A stretch of 64,000 nt of DNA from a virus (Duplodnaviria; Caudoviricetes). The notes under the pieces were generated by a model. It ran no database searches. It saw only the letters and a program-made list of their open reading frames with translations, and was not told the origin of the DNA. Of the stretch, positions 37,406-47,852 are shown piece after piece. Each line of letters begins with the position of its first letter. The first letter of the stretch is position 1. The translations under genes were made by a program, and so were the position numbers. Location: the IMG/VR virus record IMGVR_UViG_3300025678_000009, positions 17,698-81,697 of that record; one strand, written 5' to 3'.

Positions 37406-38327
37406 GCACAAAAAAACAGGTGAAATAATAACTTATAAAGATGGAGTTATTAAATCAGGAACATTTGTTTTAGATATGGGGTGTGAACCAAGTAGCGAAT
37501 ATTGGGAGGAAGTGAAAGAAACTTATCCTATTGGGACTAAAGCTAAAGATGAAGAAGATTCTGTTTGGGAACATTTAGGTAACAATAATTATAAATTATT
37601 TATTTCTCAAAGAATTATAATGCCTTTTGAAATAGGCGAAGGTAAAAGATTTCAAGTGATTGAAGAACCTAAAAAAGATTATGAAATATTGAGTTTAAGA
37701 TATAATAATCATGATATTAGACCTTTTCAAGATGTAATTGTTGATTATAAAAATGATAAACCTGTTCGTAGAAGTGACAATAAATCTGTACATAATACTG
37801 TAGAAATATCAGAATTTACAAAAACAGATTGGGAAAAATACATTACTATTTTATCTGTAAGTAGATTAAGTGATGATTTTGTAATAACATTAGGGGATTA
37901 TTGTAAAACTAAAAAGGGTTCAAGTGGTAAAGTCACAACTATTGAATTTTGTGGTAATGGTGAATTAAGAATAGGTTCTGATAAAAGATATTATGTAGGA
38001 ATAAATGATGTTGTAAAGAGTGAAGTTTTATTTAGAACAGAAGACAATGTTGAAATTAGAGAAGGTGATAAATATTGCTGCATTTATAAAAACAATTTTG
38101 AACCATTTGAAGATTTAAAAATGTTTACTGCTAATAATGGAGTAGTTTTGAAAGATCAGTTTTTATTTTTTTCAACAAAAGAAGCTGCTGAAAATTTTAT
38201 AATTTGTAACAAACCTTGCTTATCCTTTAATGATATTTGGAACATAAGCGACAATAAATCATCAGATAATAATTATGTTGTAGTGTCTAAAAAAGAACTA
38301 AAGCAACTTGTAAAATCTAAATTATGA
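37389..38327 (+). CDS. mosaic hypothetical protein
   Basis: 312-aa ORF. Confidence 0.7.
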   Translation: MEKKFKHKKTGEIITYKDGVIKSGTFVLDMGCEPSSEYWEEVKETYPIGTKAKDEEDSVWEHLGNNNYKLFISQRIIMPFEIGEGKRFQVIEEPKKDYEILSLRYNNHDIRPFQDVIVDYKNDKPVRRSDNKSVHNTVEISEFTKTDWEKYITILSVSRLSDDFVITLGDYCKTKKGSSGKVTTIEFCGNGELRIGSDKRYYVGINDVVKSEVLFRTEDNVEIREGDKYCCIYKNNFEPFEDLKMFTANNGVVLKDQFLFFSTKEAAENFIICNKPCLSFNDIWNISDNKSSDNNYVVVSKKELKQLVKSKL

Positions 38328-38569
38328 AATGGAAAGATAAAATACTTAAACAAAAAGAACAAGGAAGAATCCCTAAACAATATTTTGGACTAGTTGTTGC
38401 TAATGTTGAACAAGCAATTAATGAATATAAATTGGAATTACTAGATAACATAGAGATATTATACCAAAATAGTAATAAAAATAAAGATTCTATAGAAGAA
38501 AGGAATAAATCCGCTTATTACACAAGATTAGAAACAATTCAAGAAATAATTAAAATAATCAACAAATGA
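38324..38569 (+). CDS. hypothetical protein
   Basis: ATGA-coupled ORF. Confidence 0.6.
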   Translation: MKWKDKILKQKEQGRIPKQYFGLVVANVEQAINEYKLELLDNIEILYQNSNKNKDSIEERNKSAYYTRLETIQEIIKIINK

Positions 38570-39327
38570 AAAATTGGAAAAACACAACAGACTTTTTAAG
38601 AGAAATCCCTCTTCCAGAACAAACACGTACATATAAACCTGTCTCTCATGCAATTTTTATTGATGAAATAAAAGAAGAGCTTTACAAAAGAGGACATAGC
38701 GTTAAAACAGAAAGATATCTTACGGCTAACAATGGATTGATAATGACAGGTAATTTTACAGTAGATAATCCAGATAGTCATATAAACCCTGCTATTTTCT
38801 TTACTAATTCTTATAATAAAATGAGAAAAGCAGAATTGATGACGGGTGCTATTGTATTGGTTTGTAGCAACGGTCTAATCAGACAAGAAGTTGCTCACAG
38901 ATTCTCTAAAAAACATAGTGGTACAGTATTAGAAGATTTGAGGAACAATATTGTTTTAGCAGTAGAATCTGTAGAAAAAGAATTTGAAAAATTGAAAAAG
39001 AATGCGGAAGAAATGAAACAAATTCAACTAACAGATAATCAAATTGCATCCATTATTGGAGATATGTATATTAATGAATCTATGATTAGTGAAACTCAAT
39101 TATCTATCTTAAAAAAAGAAGTAAAAACTTCTGTAAATTTTGCAGATAAAACTGTATGGGATTTATATAATAATACTACTGAAGCTTTTAAGGATTCTCA
39201 CCCTATGCATTTTGACAAGCAGCATTTAAAATTGCATGCGTACATGTCAGACTTATTTTCTTTAACTGGTTCAAGAGGACTTTATAAAAATAAAGAGTCT
39301 GTAATTCAAGAAGCTATCTTAGTTTAG
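38566..39327 (+). CDS. DUF932-like protein
   Basis: YKPVSH, TNSYN, VCSNG, KKH and TVWDLYN. Confidence 0.7.
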   Translation: MKNWKNTTDFLREIPLPEQTRTYKPVSHAIFIDEIKEELYKRGHSVKTERYLTANNGLIMTGNFTVDNPDSHINPAIFFTNSYNKMRKAELMTGAIVLVCSNGLIRQEVAHRFSKKHSGTVLEDLRNNIVLAVESVEKEFEKLKKNAEEMKQIQLTDNQIASIIGDMYINESMISETQLSILKKEVKTSVNFADKTVWDLYNNTTEAFKDSHPMHFDKQHLKLHAYMSDLFSLTGSRGLYKNKESVIQEAILV

Positions 39328-39343
39328 AATCATTTTTAACTCT

Positions 39344-39379
39344 AAGCACCTATAGGAATTATCTTATAGGTGCTTTTTT
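39344..39379 (+). terminator. intrinsic terminator
   Basis: AAGCACCTATAG/TTATAGGTGCTT followed by T-tract. Confidence 0.8.
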
Positions 39380-39390
39380 AATTTAAAAAA

Positions 39391-39582
39391 ATGGAAAAAG
39401 AAAAAAGAATTTATTTAGTAGATGACTACAACTATGAAGTTGAAACGTCTCCTTTTAATTGGGATGATGAAAAATTTATATCTGAAGCAGAAATTCAAGG
39501 AAATGTTTATAGTTTAGAAGGATTTGAAAAAGCTTGGAATGATAGAAGTTTACTCTCCAATTATACAATTAGAATAATATGA
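39391..39582 (+). CDS. hypothetical protein
   Basis: small coupled ORF. Confidence 0.6.
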   Translation: MEKEKRIYLVDDYNYEVETSPFNWDDEKFISEAEIQGNVYSLEGFEKAWNDRSLLSNYTIRII

Positions 39583-39773
39583 CAAAAGTAGAATTTTTAA
39601 AAGATGTATCTTATGCAATAGATAGAATGAGAGGAAAAATGACAATTTTTTATAAAAATAAACCTTTAAAAACTATCCTATTACATAAAAATATGGATTA
39701 CAATGAAAAGAATCAAAAATTAGCTGAAAAAATAGCATTAGAGTCACAAAAAGCAAAAGAATTAATAATATGA
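39579..39773 (+). CDS. hypothetical protein
   Basis: small coupled ORF. Confidence 0.55.
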   Translation: MTKVEFLKDVSYAIDRMRGKMTIFYKNKPLKTILLHKNMDYNEKNQKLAEKIALESQKAKELII

Positions 39774-40018
39774 AAATAGAATTTGAAAATGAACCATTTG
39801 CAATAGATAAATGGTTAGCAGGTGAAATAACAGTTGATGTAGGAGATGATTTAGAGTACAAAGAGGAAATATATCCTTTTACATTATTTGCTTCAAGTGA
39901 TAATGGAGTTTTAGAAGTAACTTGGACAGAAAATGAACCTTTTAAAAATTTAATCGAAATAGAAACAAAAATTAAACAAAAATACTTAGAAAATGAGAAT
40001 AATACAAATAGCTTATGA
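39770..40018 (+). CDS. acidic hypothetical protein
   Basis: small coupled ORF. Confidence 0.6.
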   Translation: MKIEFENEPFAIDKWLAGEITVDVGDDLEYKEEIYPFTLFASSDNGVLEVTWTENEPFKNLIEIETKIKQKYLENENNTNSL

Positions 40019-40214
40019 ACCTAATTTAAGTTTTGAATTTAAAAAATTTATAAAAACAAATGTAAACCCTTCAATGTGGTGTGATGACTCACAACAATAT
40101 TTTATAGATTTTATTATTGATTCAGTAGATAATTTAGATTTTGAAATAGAAGAGAATGATAATAAAACATTATTAAAATTTTTAGAACAAGGTATAGATT
40201 ATATAGAAATATGA
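39993..40214 (+). CDS. acidic hypothetical protein
   Basis: small coupled ORF. Confidence 0.55.
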   Translation: MRIIQIAYEPNLSFEFKKFIKTNVNPSMWCDDSQQYFIDFIIDSVDNLDFEIEENDNKTLLKFLEQGIDYIEI

Positions 40215-40621
40215 GAAAATACTTAACTTATGATGATTTTTTAGGAAAATATCATCCTATAAAAAATCATTTAGATAAAAATGCTGGATATGATGGATAT
40301 ATGTTTGAAACTTTTGGAAAAGAATTAGAATTTGTGTTAAAAACTCAAATGCATTCTCCTCAACAAATATGGACTATAATAGATGGGGAGAATAATGACA
40401 TGTGGATAATACCTGGCTATCATTATGAAAACAGATTAGGATTTATAATTACTAAAGAACCTATAAATAGAAATGAATTAGATGTAGAGTATTGTATGGA
40501 AAATTATTACACTACAGGAGAAGCAAAAAATTACACTATAGAATGTATAGAGTCTATATTTAATAAAGATTTATCTGAAGAAGAAATTGATTTAATTAAT
40601 AATTATTATTCACAATTATGA
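40211..40621 (+). CDS. hypothetical protein, paralog of 48952-49224
   Basis: MFETFG.E...IWTIIDG...IIPGYHYENRLGFIIT. Confidence 0.7.
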   Translation: MRKYLTYDDFLGKYHPIKNHLDKNAGYDGYMFETFGKELEFVLKTQMHSPQQIWTIIDGENNDMWIIPGYHYENRLGFIITKEPINRNELDVEYCMENYYTTGEAKNYTIECIESIFNKDLSEEEIDLINNYYSQL

Positions 40622-40875
40622 TAGAAGAAGTTGTATTAAAATTATCTGAAAATTTAATTCTAACTATAGAAGGACATTATTATCCAGAAGAACCTATGGT
40701 TTGGACTCTACCTAATGGTGATCCAGGACATCCTGGTTCTCCAAGTGAGTTTGAGATATATAACATAGAAATAACAAAAGGTAGTATCTATGATTTAATT
40801 GACTATTTAAATGGGACTTCTGATTTATGGGAATTTTTAACAGATTTATGTATTAAAAAAATAGAGGAAAAATGA
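40618..40875 (+). CDS. hypothetical protein
   Basis: PGHPGSP motif. Confidence 0.65.
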   Translation: MIEEVVLKLSENLILTIEGHYYPEEPMVWTLPNGDPGHPGSPSEFEIYNIEITKGSIYDLIDYLNGTSDLWEFLTDLCIKKIEEK

Positions 40876-41102
40876 AACAGTTAACAAATGAAGGTTATAG
40901 GTCTAAAAGAAAACTCAAATTATTAGAAGAAGAAGGTATTGGACAATTATTATTGGACTTTTATCAGTTATCAAGTAGTTATAATACTCCTAATTGTACT
41001 GTAGAACAAAATGTAAATTTGTTAATATCTAAATTAAAACAAAAATATGACCTTATTTTAGAAGAGTTTAAACCTAAAGAACAAATAAAAATGAATTTAT
41101 GA
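40872..41102 (+). CDS. hypothetical protein
   Basis: coupled ORF. Confidence 0.55.
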   Translation: MKQLTNEGYRSKRKLKLLEEEGIGQLLLDFYQLSSSYNTPNCTVEQNVNLLISKLKQKYDLILEEFKPKEQIKMNL

Positions 41103-41311
41103 TAAATCAAGTAATAAATTATTATTGGGAAGATGAAAAGAAAAATTATGAAGAATTTCTTTTTGAGAATTATGAAAAATTCGTATTAGAAGAATTCAAT
41201 AAATTAAATTTAGAAGATAAAAACAATGTAATTTATTGGTTAAATACAGAATATGGTACAAATCATATATTTATGATATTATTAGAATTAAAAAATCAAA
41301 TAAATGAATAA
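41099..41311 (+). CDS. hypothetical protein
   Basis: coupled ORF. Confidence 0.55.
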   Translation: MINQVINYYWEDEKKNYEEFLFENYEKFVLEEFNKLNLEDKNNVIYWLNTEYGTNHIFMILLELKNQINE

Positions 41312-41630
41312 CACTTATTATAAAAAAGAAGGAAGAAAATACATTCCTGTGAATTATTATGAACCAGAGGGTTTATCAGAAGGTTTATGGTTAATAACTA
41401 AAAATAAATATTCTAAACAATATAATAGCATGCTATTTCCGATTCTGGTACACGAATTACAAAATGTTGGAAAATTTTGTGATTTTTATAAAGCGTACAA
41501 AGAAGAAATACAAAAAGTTGTTATGAAAGAGTATGAAGATTTTTTTAAAAAGAAGCGAGAAGAAGATCAATCATTTTCTATTTCAGAATTAACAGATTGT
41601 ATAATTGCAGGATTAAGTAAAATAAAATAA
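41304..41630 (+). CDS. hypothetical protein
   Basis: coupled ORF. Confidence 0.6.
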   Translation: MNNTYYKKEGRKYIPVNYYEPEGLSEGLWLITKNKYSKQYNSMLFPILVHELQNVGKFCDFYKAYKEEIQKVVMKEYEDFFKKKREEDQSFSISELTDCIIAGLSKIK

Positions 41631-41632
41631 TT

Positions 41633-41935
41633 ATGAAAAAATATTTTAGTTATAAAGATGGTTTTACAGATGCGTTACCAAATATTAATCAAACTGATTA
41701 TTTACAAGTAGTCAAATGCGAACATACAGAAAAAGAAGTATTGCAATTATATTATTTTGGAATGAATGGGGAAAATGCATTATGCTTACATTCAGAGGAT
41801 GAAAAAAATACTCAAAAATCTGTAAAATTATTTAAACAAGAAAATCCAGATTTTTGTAAATATTTGGAATTTTTTACAGAAGATAACCCTATTAGATTTA
41901 ATCAAATAATGAACAAATATTATGAAAGAAAATAA
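41633..41935 (+). CDS. hypothetical protein
   Basis: coupled ORF. Confidence 0.6.
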   Translation: MKKYFSYKDGFTDALPNINQTDYLQVVKCEHTEKEVLQLYYFGMNGENALCLHSEDEKNTQKSVKLFKQENPDFCKYLEFFTEDNPIRFNQIMNKYYERK

Positions 41936-42161
41936 AGGTACAAGAGCTAAAAAAGTGATGTTTTCTAAATCCTTACATTTCATGGGGAGAAATGGTTATT
42001 ATAAAGCAATTGGATTAGAAATGTGGAAATATAATGAATACCCAGAATTAGGAGTTCAAATATACCCAATTACTTCTAAAAATAAATTAGGAAATTGTCA
42101 AATAGAAATTCCATTAGAAGATATTGATTTATTTATTGATACATTAAAAGATTTAAAATGA
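41922..42161 (+). CDS. hypothetical protein
   Basis: coupled ORF. Confidence 0.6.
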   Translation: MKENKGTRAKKVMFSKSLHFMGRNGYYKAIGLEMWKYNEYPELGVQIYPITSKNKLGNCQIEIPLEDIDLFIDTLKDLK

Positions 42162-42322
42162 AAAAATTTATATTTTCTCATAAAAATAACTCAATTGTAA
42201 TTCAACTAATTGCAGATAATTTTGAGGAGGCTGAAATTCTACTCGAAGAAATAGTGAAAGACACTTGGTGCTTTGTAGTAGAAAATGAAGAAGGAGAATA
42301 AATGTAAAAATAATATTCAAAA

Positions 42323-42613
42323 ATGAGTAAAATACATCAAAAAGTCATTGATTCTTTTTTAGAAGGTAAACAATGTAGAATAAATAATACAATGACAAAT
42401 GGTTCGGAATTGTTTTTATTTAGTAATTGTATAGCAAGAAAAGATGGGAAAAATATGCAAGTAACTACTGCTAAATTCAATACTGTAACTACAAGAGACA
42501 GATTAAATATGCTACCTGGAGTTTGGGTTAGATGCAGAAAAGGAAATTTACAAATAAATTTTCAATCTAAATGGCAGGATTGGGATGGTGAATGGATAAA
42601 TATAGAAAAATGA
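42323..42613 (+). CDS. conserved phage hypothetical protein
   Basis: TVTTRDRLN motif. Confidence 0.65.
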   Translation: MSKIHQKVIDSFLEGKQCRINNTMTNGSELFLFSNCIARKDGKNMQVTTAKFNTVTTRDRLNMLPGVWVRCRKGNLQINFQSKWQDWDGEWINIEK

Positions 42614-42978
42614 AAAAAGTAACTATAGAAGAATTACGAGAAGGAGATGAAATAATTGTTGCAAGTGGTTCAAAACTAAAATATTTAAAAGTTTTAAAAA
42701 ACCCTACTTTATCAGACAAGAAGGGTTGGAAAAAGGATGTTGACGCAAATGGATATTTTTACTGGAATACTTCAGCAAATAAGTATAAAAATTTATTGTG
42801 TTCTACAACTGTAAATGAAGTAACGTATAAATTTAAGGGGTATAGAGCAACTCAGGTAGAATACTTTAAAACTTTTAAAGAGCCTGTTTATGAAAAAGAT
42901 TCAACAAAACACAACAAAAGAGTTAGCATAGATTTAAATTACAAAGACATTTTACTAATTAAAAGACGTGAGCAATGA
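42592..42978 (+). CDS. hypothetical protein
   Basis: 128-aa ORF; likely start at the internal MKKVT. Confidence 0.6.
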   Translation: MDKYRKMKKVTIEELREGDEIIVASGSKLKYLKVLKNPTLSDKKGWKKDVDANGYFYWNTSANKYKNLLCSTTVNEVTYKFKGYRATQVEYFKTFKEPVYEKDSTKHNKRVSIDLNYKDILLIKRREQ

Positions 42979-45221
42979 TTTTAGAACAAAAGCAAACAAA
43001 TTTATTAATTGCAGGAGAAGACTCTTCTAAGAAGGCAACTATTAATCAAGGTAAAATTGCTAAATTGCAATACCTTTTAACAAAAGGTTTATATTCCGAC
43101 CCTATTAGCGCAACTATAGTTGAGCTGACCAATAATGGGGTAGATTCTATAGTACAATCAGGAAAAAATCCAATAGAACATCCAGTAATTGTTACAATTA
43201 CAGATTCTTTGTTATCTATAGAAGATAAAGGTATTGGTTTAAATAAAGAAGAGTTTGAAAATGTAGTGATGAATTATTTAACTTCTACTAAAGAAGATGA
43301 TAATCAAGCGATTGGGTATTTCGGAATTGGTTCGAAAAGTTTTTTATCATTAGATAGAAGTGCTACTTTTATTTGTAGAAAAGATGGTTTAGAGTATAAA
43401 TTTTTGTGCTATCAAGGAGAAGAATTCTTAGAATACGATTTGATATATGAAAATGAAACCAAAGAAGAAAATGGTGTAAGAGTAGAAATTTCTATTAATG
43501 GTTGGAGAGAGAAATCTGATTTTGAAAATAAAGCAATTAAAAAATTAGCATATTATGATACAGTTTTATTGTATATAGATAACAAATTAATAGATAATAA
43601 AATAATAAGAAATGAGCACTGGCAATATTCAAATAACTCGTGTAATAATTCATTACATTTTTGTTTAAAGGATGTTTATTACGAAATTGATTGGAATAAG
43701 TTGGGGATAAATAGAATTAATTTACCAATAGCTTTAAGATTTGGATTAGATTCTGGTATAACACCAACACCATCAAGAGAGAACATTTTATATACTGCTG
43801 AAACAATAGAGCTAATAAAAAGAAAGATAGAAACAGTTGCAAATTGGTTCGTAGAAAAATACAATGAAAATGTTAAAGAATATGATACTATTTTAGATGC
43901 TTGGAAAGAATTTAATAAACATTCTAAATATGTAGAATTAAGAGACAAAACTTTTTGTATTGATTCCATTATTAAATATGCTACAGAAGTTCCTAAAGAA
44001 TTCAGTGTAAAAAATCTTCCAGATGCTATATATTTTCACAATAAAGTTTTTTCTATCTTAAATAATTATCACTACGTAGGATATTCTGATTATTATGGAA
44101 ATTTATATAAGAAAAATATAGGGGTTTGGAAAGCAGATTTTTTAATAGATAATACAAGCTTTACTGTAATAGTAAACGAAGTTCCGTCTAGGAATGTAAA
44201 AAGTTTTTTATTAGAAAAATATGAAGGTAAAGAAGTTTATTACTTGGTTCCCCATAAAGAACAAAAAAGAAGGTTTAAACCTGAAAAAGGTAAACTTCAC
44301 GATGAATTTTGTTATTGGGACATCTTAAATCTAAATAATGTATCTAAATCCAGTTGGAGTACTTATATTAGACAATTTAATTTAGTAGAGTCTCAATTTA
44401 GAGATAAATTAATTGATGAAACTAATGTAGAGACATCTGAAGAATTCTTAAAATGGAAAGAAAATAAAAAACAAGAACGTAAATCTAAACCAAGAAATGT
44501 AGATTCTAATTATGTAGTTTTAGATAAAAAAGAAGATGAATTTACTTTAGCTGTTTGTAGAAATTCAAGTTTTTATGGAAAATGTGCTTTTGATAAACAA
44601 ACTGAAAAAGTACATGTAAGTTCTAAGAATAAATTTTTAACAGTTTATTTTGATGAAACAGACAGAGAAAAAGCAGAATTTTACTTTAAAATTGTAAAAA
44701 ATATTAGAATTGCCATCATTGGTAAAAGAGAAAGACTTAAAATTCAAAACAATCACAACTTTATGACACCAGAACAATTTGAAAAATCAAAACCATTTAG
44801 AAGATTAGTAACAGCTATTAAATTTAGTAACTTGTTAGACAAATATCGAGATATGAAAAATAATTCTAACAGCATTATAAGAAAATGTTTACCTAAATTA
44901 AATACCGACTTAGAAATTTTAGAAGAATACGTTAGGAAAAATTTTAAAGATGCACATTCCTCTACTCAAATTATTATGGATTTAGCGGAATCTCAAAATC
45001 TTTGGGATTATGAACATATGGATACATATAATAGAATAGAAAAAGAATTAGAACAATATTCATTCTTACAATATCTTAAAGTACCTAGTTATTGGGACAA
45101 GAAAGCAGAAAAAGAAATTAACTCTATTATTACTAAAATGCTATATGTTCAAAAAACTGTCAGAGGTCTGCATGATAATATTGAAATCACAATTAAAAAT
45201 GAAGAAAATGTTGCTGCTTAA
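42975..45221 (+). CDS. rIIA-like protein with Hsp90/GHKL ATPase N-terminal domain
   Basis: IVELTNNGVDS, EDKGIGL, IGYFGIGSKS and TPTPSRENI. Confidence 0.75.
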   Translation: MILEQKQTNLLIAGEDSSKKATINQGKIAKLQYLLTKGLYSDPISATIVELTNNGVDSIVQSGKNPIEHPVIVTITDSLLSIEDKGIGLNKEEFENVVMNYLTSTKEDDNQAIGYFGIGSKSFLSLDRSATFICRKDGLEYKFLCYQGEEFLEYDLIYENETKEENGVRVEISINGWREKSDFENKAIKKLAYYDTVLLYIDNKLIDNKIIRNEHWQYSNNSCNNSLHFCLKDVYYEIDWNKLGINRINLPIALRFGLDSGITPTPSRENILYTAETIELIKRKIETVANWFVEKYNENVKEYDTILDAWKEFNKHSKYVELRDKTFCIDSIIKYATEVPKEFSVKNLPDAIYFHNKVFSILNNYHYVGYSDYYGNLYKKNIGVWKADFLIDNTSFTVIVNEVPSRNVKSFLLEKYEGKEVYYLVPHKEQKRRFKPEKGKLHDEFCYWDILNLNNVSKSSWSTYIRQFNLVESQFRDKLIDETNVETSEEFLKWKENKKQERKSKPRNVDSNYVVLDKKEDEFTLAVCRNSSFYGKCAFDKQTEKVHVSSKNKFLTVYFDETDREKAEFYFKIVKNIRIAIIGKRERLKIQNNHNFMTPEQFEKSKPFRRLVTAIKFSNLLDKYRDMKNNSNSIIRKCLPKLNTDLEILEEYVRKNFKDAHSSTQIIMDLAESQNLWDYEHMDTYNRIEKELEQYSFLQYLKVPSYWDKKAEKEINSIITKMLYVQKTVRGLHDNIEITIKNEENVAA

Positions 45222-45444
45222 AAACTATTTAAAATCTCTACAAGAATTAATAGAAAAATATCCAGAAGCCAGTGAATATCCAATTATTTATTCTCATGAT
45301 GACGAAGGTAATGAATATCAAAGAGTTATAAATGAACCTTGTTTATGCCAAATAAAAGATTTAAACAAAGAATCTTATAGATACTTAGATTTAGTAGCAT
45401 TTATAAATGATGGTAGTGATTGTAACGCAGTAATAATTAATTAA
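45208..45444 (+). CDS. hypothetical protein, paralog of 48145-48393
   Basis: IYSHDDEGNEY...PCL...VIIN. Confidence 0.65.
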   Translation: MLLLKNYLKSLQELIEKYPEASEYPIIYSHDDEGNEYQRVINEPCLCQIKDLNKESYRYLDLVAFINDGSDCNAVIIN

Positions 45445-45449
45445 AAAAT

Positions 45450-45785
45450 ATGGCAAGTCCTTATAAACATGCTTTAAATTCAGTAGAAAAATGGGGAGGC
45501 AATTATAAAGATTACCTTCCTATTCATGAATTTTTAGATTCGACAAAATTACATTTAACTACATGGCAACATAGAGCCATTTTACATAATACATTTGGAG
45601 TAGGAATATGTGAACAAGTTTTTGGTACATTTATAACAAATTCTGATAAAAAAGAAATTGAAGTCAGATATATTGCCATAAAACACATAGAAGAAGATTG
45701 TGGAATAGTTCCTACAATAGAACAATGGTTAAATGATTTAAAACCTAAAAAATTTGCAATTAATTTTAAAAAAGAAACAAGATGA
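45450..45785 (+). CDS. DUF6915-like protein
   Basis: PYKHALNS..KWGG...DYLPIHEFLDSTK...HRAILHNTFG...HIEED. Confidence 0.7.
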   Translation: MASPYKHALNSVEKWGGNYKDYLPIHEFLDSTKLHLTTWQHRAILHNTFGVGICEQVFGTFITNSDKKEIEVRYIAIKHIEEDCGIVPTIEQWLNDLKPKKFAINFKKETR

Positions 45786-46096
45786 ATGTAAAACAAACAA
45801 TTAAAGACTTAAAAGTAAAATTTCCTAATATCAATAAAATAAGTATTGAATATATAGGAAGTGGAGATAGTTTTGAAGATTTTTGGAATTTAGAAACTAC
45901 TCCAGAATCAGATATTGAACAATCTGATATTGAAGATTTATTATGGTATGCTATAGATAATTCTGATGCTAATTTTAATAATGAAGGGTCAGAAGGAGAA
46001 ATCATAATTGATTTAGATAATGAAAAAATGTCTATTGATAATTATTGGATAATTTATGATAAGCAGTCTACAGGATTAGTCACGTTTGAAGAATAA
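45782..46096 (+). CDS. acidic DUF6878-like protein
   Basis: YIGSGDS and NNEGSEG. Confidence 0.6.
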   Translation: MNVKQTIKDLKVKFPNINKISIEYIGSGDSFEDFWNLETTPESDIEQSDIEDLLWYAIDNSDANFNNEGSEGEIIIDLDNEKMSIDNYWIIYDKQSTGLVTFEE

Positions 46097-46110
46097 CTAA
46101 TTAATAACAG

Positions 46111-46144
46111 GTAAAGATAGGTAGAAATATCTATCTTTACTTTT
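46111..46144 (+). terminator. intrinsic terminator
   Basis: GTAAAGATAG/CTATCTTTAC followed by T-tract. Confidence 0.7.
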
Positions 46145-46156
46145 AAATTTGACAAA

Positions 46157-46354
46157 ATGATTTATTTAAAACAGTTAAAAAGTAGTAATTGGAAAAAGTC
46201 TGATTTATGGAATTACGATATTGTTTTAGAAGTTGATGAATTAGAAGAATGGTGGAAAAATAAAATAGGTAAAGTAATTAAAGCTACTTATAGTCAATCC
46301 AAAACTTATTATAAAGATTGTCAAGAATTTATAACTAAAAACAAACTAAAATGA
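46157..46354 (+). CDS. hypothetical protein
   Basis: 65-aa ORF. Confidence 0.55.
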   Translation: MIYLKQLKSSNWKKSDLWNYDIVLEVDELEEWWKNKIGKVIKATYSQSKTYYKDCQEFITKNKLK

Positions 46355-47748
46355 ATTTATTAAACAAGTTTAAAGAGTTTTTTACAAACTCTAAAATAAA
46401 AGAATTAGAGGAAAAAATAACTCAAATTCAGAAAAACCAAATAGTGTCTGCAGTAAAAAAATCAGAAGTTTTAGCTCCTCCTTCTATGGTAAAGCTAATT
46501 CAAAAATGTATTTACAATGTAGGTACAAAAAACATTGATGTAGTATTTACAGATGGAGATGTAATAAGTGGAGTTGTAGAATCAAATATTTATGAACAAA
46601 TCAGAAATACTTCGTCTAAAGAAGATGTGTTGCGGTTGTTAACTCCTAACAATGTTAAAGGAAGTGATTATGACATAGACAAAAATGATGATGAGAAATT
46701 TATTAAAGAACAAATTACTCCTATTGTAAGTATTTTATCAGAAATAGATAATTTTGAAGTTGTTGGGGAAGATGTATTTTTAAAAGGAGTTAAATCTATA
46801 GCTATTCCAAGTTCTATTGTGGCTGAGTTTATTAGAATAGTATCAGAAATGGATAAAAACAGAGAAAGGGAATATGGATTAGAATACATTTCAAAAGATG
46901 CTGATTTAGGAGAAGAATATAATTCTCTTTTGATGTTTACTTATAAACTGCTTTTGAACCCACTAAAAGAGTCAAGAGAACAACTTCTGAATTTTATCAA
47001 AAAAAATGATATTAAAATTACATCTTATGGTAATTTGGTACTTTATAGAGCTTGTTGGGAATCAAAAACTGAAGATACAGAGTTAATTAGATTTGTAGCT
47101 AAAGAATACCTCAAAATTAAAGCATGGAAAAAATCGCCTAAAAACTATACAGTAGCATCAAGATTAGGTAATTACAAACTACTTTTAAATAATGAGATAC
47201 CAAAAGATGATAATCCTTATTGGGAAAATCAAGGAAATCTTGCAGAATTATATTCTAAACTTCCCGAAATGCAATCTAAAGGAAAGCAATATTATTCCGA
47301 TCATGGAAAGAAGAAAATTGTAATAGGAGATATTTATAAAATAGATGACAAAGATGTAAATTTAGATGCAAATGTCTGTGCTGCTGGGGGATTACATTGT
47401 GCTTCATATGATTATGATTATAGTGGATTTGGAGATACTAATCTTATTGTGCTAGTAAATCCTTCAAAAACTATAACTGTACCTACTTACGATTTTTCTA
47501 AAATGAGAGTAAGCGAAATGATGATTGTAGGAATTAATCCTAATGAAAGAGGTGTACATATTGATGAAGGATTCTACTCCAATTTAGATGAAAACTACCA
47601 TAACTACTCTATAGATGAACTACAAGAAGCATTTAAAAACAAATCTTTTGAACCTATTAGTGTATCTACAGAGATTACTGATTTAACTATGAAAGAAATA
47701 ATCAATATTACAAAAGTTTTAAAACATAGAGTAATAGAAATTATTTAA
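46351..47748 (+). CDS. rIIB-like protein
   Basis: GNLVLYR, CAAGGLHCAS, VLVNPS and KMRVSE; near rIIA-like gene. Confidence 0.7.
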   Translation: MNLLNKFKEFFTNSKIKELEEKITQIQKNQIVSAVKKSEVLAPPSMVKLIQKCIYNVGTKNIDVVFTDGDVISGVVESNIYEQIRNTSSKEDVLRLLTPNNVKGSDYDIDKNDDEKFIKEQITPIVSILSEIDNFEVVGEDVFLKGVKSIAIPSSIVAEFIRIVSEMDKNREREYGLEYISKDADLGEEYNSLLMFTYKLLLNPLKESREQLLNFIKKNDIKITSYGNLVLYRACWESKTEDTELIRFVAKEYLKIKAWKKSPKNYTVASRLGNYKLLLNNEIPKDDNPYWENQGNLAELYSKLPEMQSKGKQYYSDHGKKKIVIGDIYKIDDKDVNLDANVCAAGGLHCASYDYDYSGFGDTNLIVLVNPSKTITVPTYDFSKMRVSEMMIVGINPNERGVHIDEGFYSNLDENYHNYSIDELQEAFKNKSFEPISVSTEITDLTMKEIINITKVLKHRVIEII

Positions 47749-47757
47749 TTAATACTT

Positions 47758-47797
47758 AATAACAAGAGTAGTATTTTATTACTACTCTTGTTATTTT
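47758..47797 (+). terminator. intrinsic terminator
   Basis: 16-bp AATAACAAGAGTAGTA/TACTACTCTTGTTATT stem. Confidence 0.7.
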
Positions 47798-47852
47798 AAT
47801 TTAAAAGAAATTTGTAAATGAAAGAATATAAAAAATTTAAAAATTATATTAT

